Shown one piece after another: positions 35,988 to 37,531 of a stretch of DNA of 37,531 nucleotides. Source of the DNA: Mesotaenium endlicherianum (Eukaryota); assembly GCA_009602735.1 (NCBI GenBank), contig WELA01003159.1, positions 233,116 to 270,646 of the forward strand, in the 5' to 3' direction. How positions within the stretch are numbered: the stretch's first letter is position 1; every line of letters starts with the position of its first letter. The translations under genes were made by a program, and so were the position numbers. Below the pieces are notes generated by a model. It was not told the DNA's origin, made no database searches, and saw nothing but the letters and a program-made list of their open reading frames with translations.

Positions 35988-37531
35988 GAGGATGCTAGAG
36001 ATAGTGAGTCGTCACTAGCTGCCCTCGTAGCAGGTATTATGGGTCCTGCTGAACTGGATTCACTATGCATGCCTGACAACCAGATAAAGGAGACCATCAG
36101 CAATATAGACGTCCAGAGAGTGCACACTCTGGATGCTCTTGTTCCACCTGATGTCCAACATTTCTTTACTAAGTCAGGAGAACAATGCGAAAGTGAGGAA
36201 AAGACAATCCCCCCTATCCTACTGCATTGCATGATTGCAGGTAGAAAGTTGAGGGCATTTGTTGACGGAGGGGCGTCACATACTTTTATCCACAAGGACT
36301 TAGTTAAGCGGCTAAGGCTGCCTACTGTCACTCAAGGGAATACAAAAATATTCCTTGGAGATGCCTCAAGTACCCCGGGAAGAGTTATAATCAAGCCTAT
36401 TGAGGTCCAGTTAGGTTCTGGCATTGCAGTTCTAACTGAAACGCTTACATTTGAGGTACTCAACACTGGCTTTTATGATCTCGTGCTAGGCAGGTCCTGG
36501 CTTAATAGACATCAAGCTGAAGTGTGTTGGAGCAGAGGTACAGTTAAAGTGAGAGGAGCCAGTGATGGGCAGACTGACTTGGCATCCACCAGTGCTCTTC
36601 CTCTTGTCCTGTGTGGATGGCAAATGAAGGAAAAGAAGAGGCTTCCAGAAGGATGCAAGTTGCTGAATGCAATGGAGTTCGTCAAAAGCTGGAACCAGAA
36701 GGAAGACAGAATGTTCTGTCTGCTGCTAAGAGAGGTACCTCCTCAACCTGAAGAAGTGGTAGAGAAAAAGGTAAACCTTCCGGAGCACCCTACTACTGCG
36801 AAAATTGTTGCTCAGTACACGGATGTATTTAACATGCCTCCAGGACTACCCCCTAAGAGGGAAGTAGATCATAGGATTGATTTATTACCTGGGAGTCAGC
36901 CACCCTGACAACGCTCTTATGGCTTGTCTTATGTGGAGAGCGAGGAGTTGAAAACACAGATTGCAGAGCTGGAGGAAAATGGTTATATTTCTCCCAGTGA
37001 ATCACCTTACGGCGCACCCATCCTATTTGTTAAGAAAAAGGATGGCAGTATGCGGATGTGTGTGGATTACAGAGCCCTGAACAGAATTACAGAAAAGAAC
37101 AAGTATGCTTTACCCAGGATCGAGGACTTGCTTGATACCCTGTCTGGTGCTAAGGTGTTCAGTAAGATAGATCTCAAAAGTGGTTATCATCAAATCAGNT
37201 ATCAAATCAAAATTGCTGAGGGGGATGAACACAAGACTGCCTTCCGCACACGTTATGGACACTATCAGTTCAACGTGATGCAATTTGGACTGACTAATGC
37301 TCCTGCCACCTTCATGGGTGCTATGAATGACATTTTCAGACCTTATTTGGATAAGTTTGTGCAAGTTTTCCTGGATGATATTTTAATTTTCTCTAAAGAT
37401 GAAGCTCAGCACGTTGAACACTTAAAGACAGTCCTAGACACTCTAAGGAAAAATCACTTATATGCTAAAATGAGCAAGTGTGATTTCTTTAAGGAAAGTA
37501 TTAAATTCTTAGGCCACGTTGTCAGTAAAGA
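35946..37531 (+). pseudogene. pol: pol of copy B (protease and partial RT)
   Basis: Lies in the -1 frame relative to gag. PR DGGAS motif, in-frame TGA at 36906-36908, then RT motifs [24 protein letters not shown]. Confidence 0.92.

Larger units (their letters stand above)
34316..37531 (+). mobile_element. Chromovirus copy B of the same family (runs off the right edge)
   Basis: LTR, PBS, internally deleted gag, then PR (AFVDGGASHTF intact) and RT nearly identical to copy A in the opposite orientation. Confidence 0.93.

Overview
Eukaryotic genomic DNA, most likely a streptophyte (plant-lineage) green alga. This is inferred from plant-type proteins, spliceosomal introns rich in microsatellites, and draft-assembly N gaps. 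Most ORFs in the supplied track are artefacts; the real genes are spliced and I assembled them by hand. The left 25 kb holds host genes: exon 1 of a PRP2/DHX16 (ESP3-like) DEAH helicase (-), a 9-exon shugoshin (-) with a U12-type intron and two SGO motifs, TEN1 (+, head-to-head with shugoshin), a 3-exon probable plastid membrane protein (+), a 3-exon VOC/glyoxalase-family gene (-), a 239-bp hAT MITE, and a probable first exon of an unknown gene (+). The right 12 kb (25865 to end) holds two degenerate copies of one Ty3/Gypsy chromovirus family arranged back-to-back (divergently) around rearranged LTRs. The family shows a -1 frameshift signal between gag and pol. Its most interesting feature is a large non-env extra ORF downstream of the chromodomain integrase, apparently with its own CpG-rich upstream region and a 5'UTR intron. 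Homology calls come from my recollection of family motifs, not database searches.
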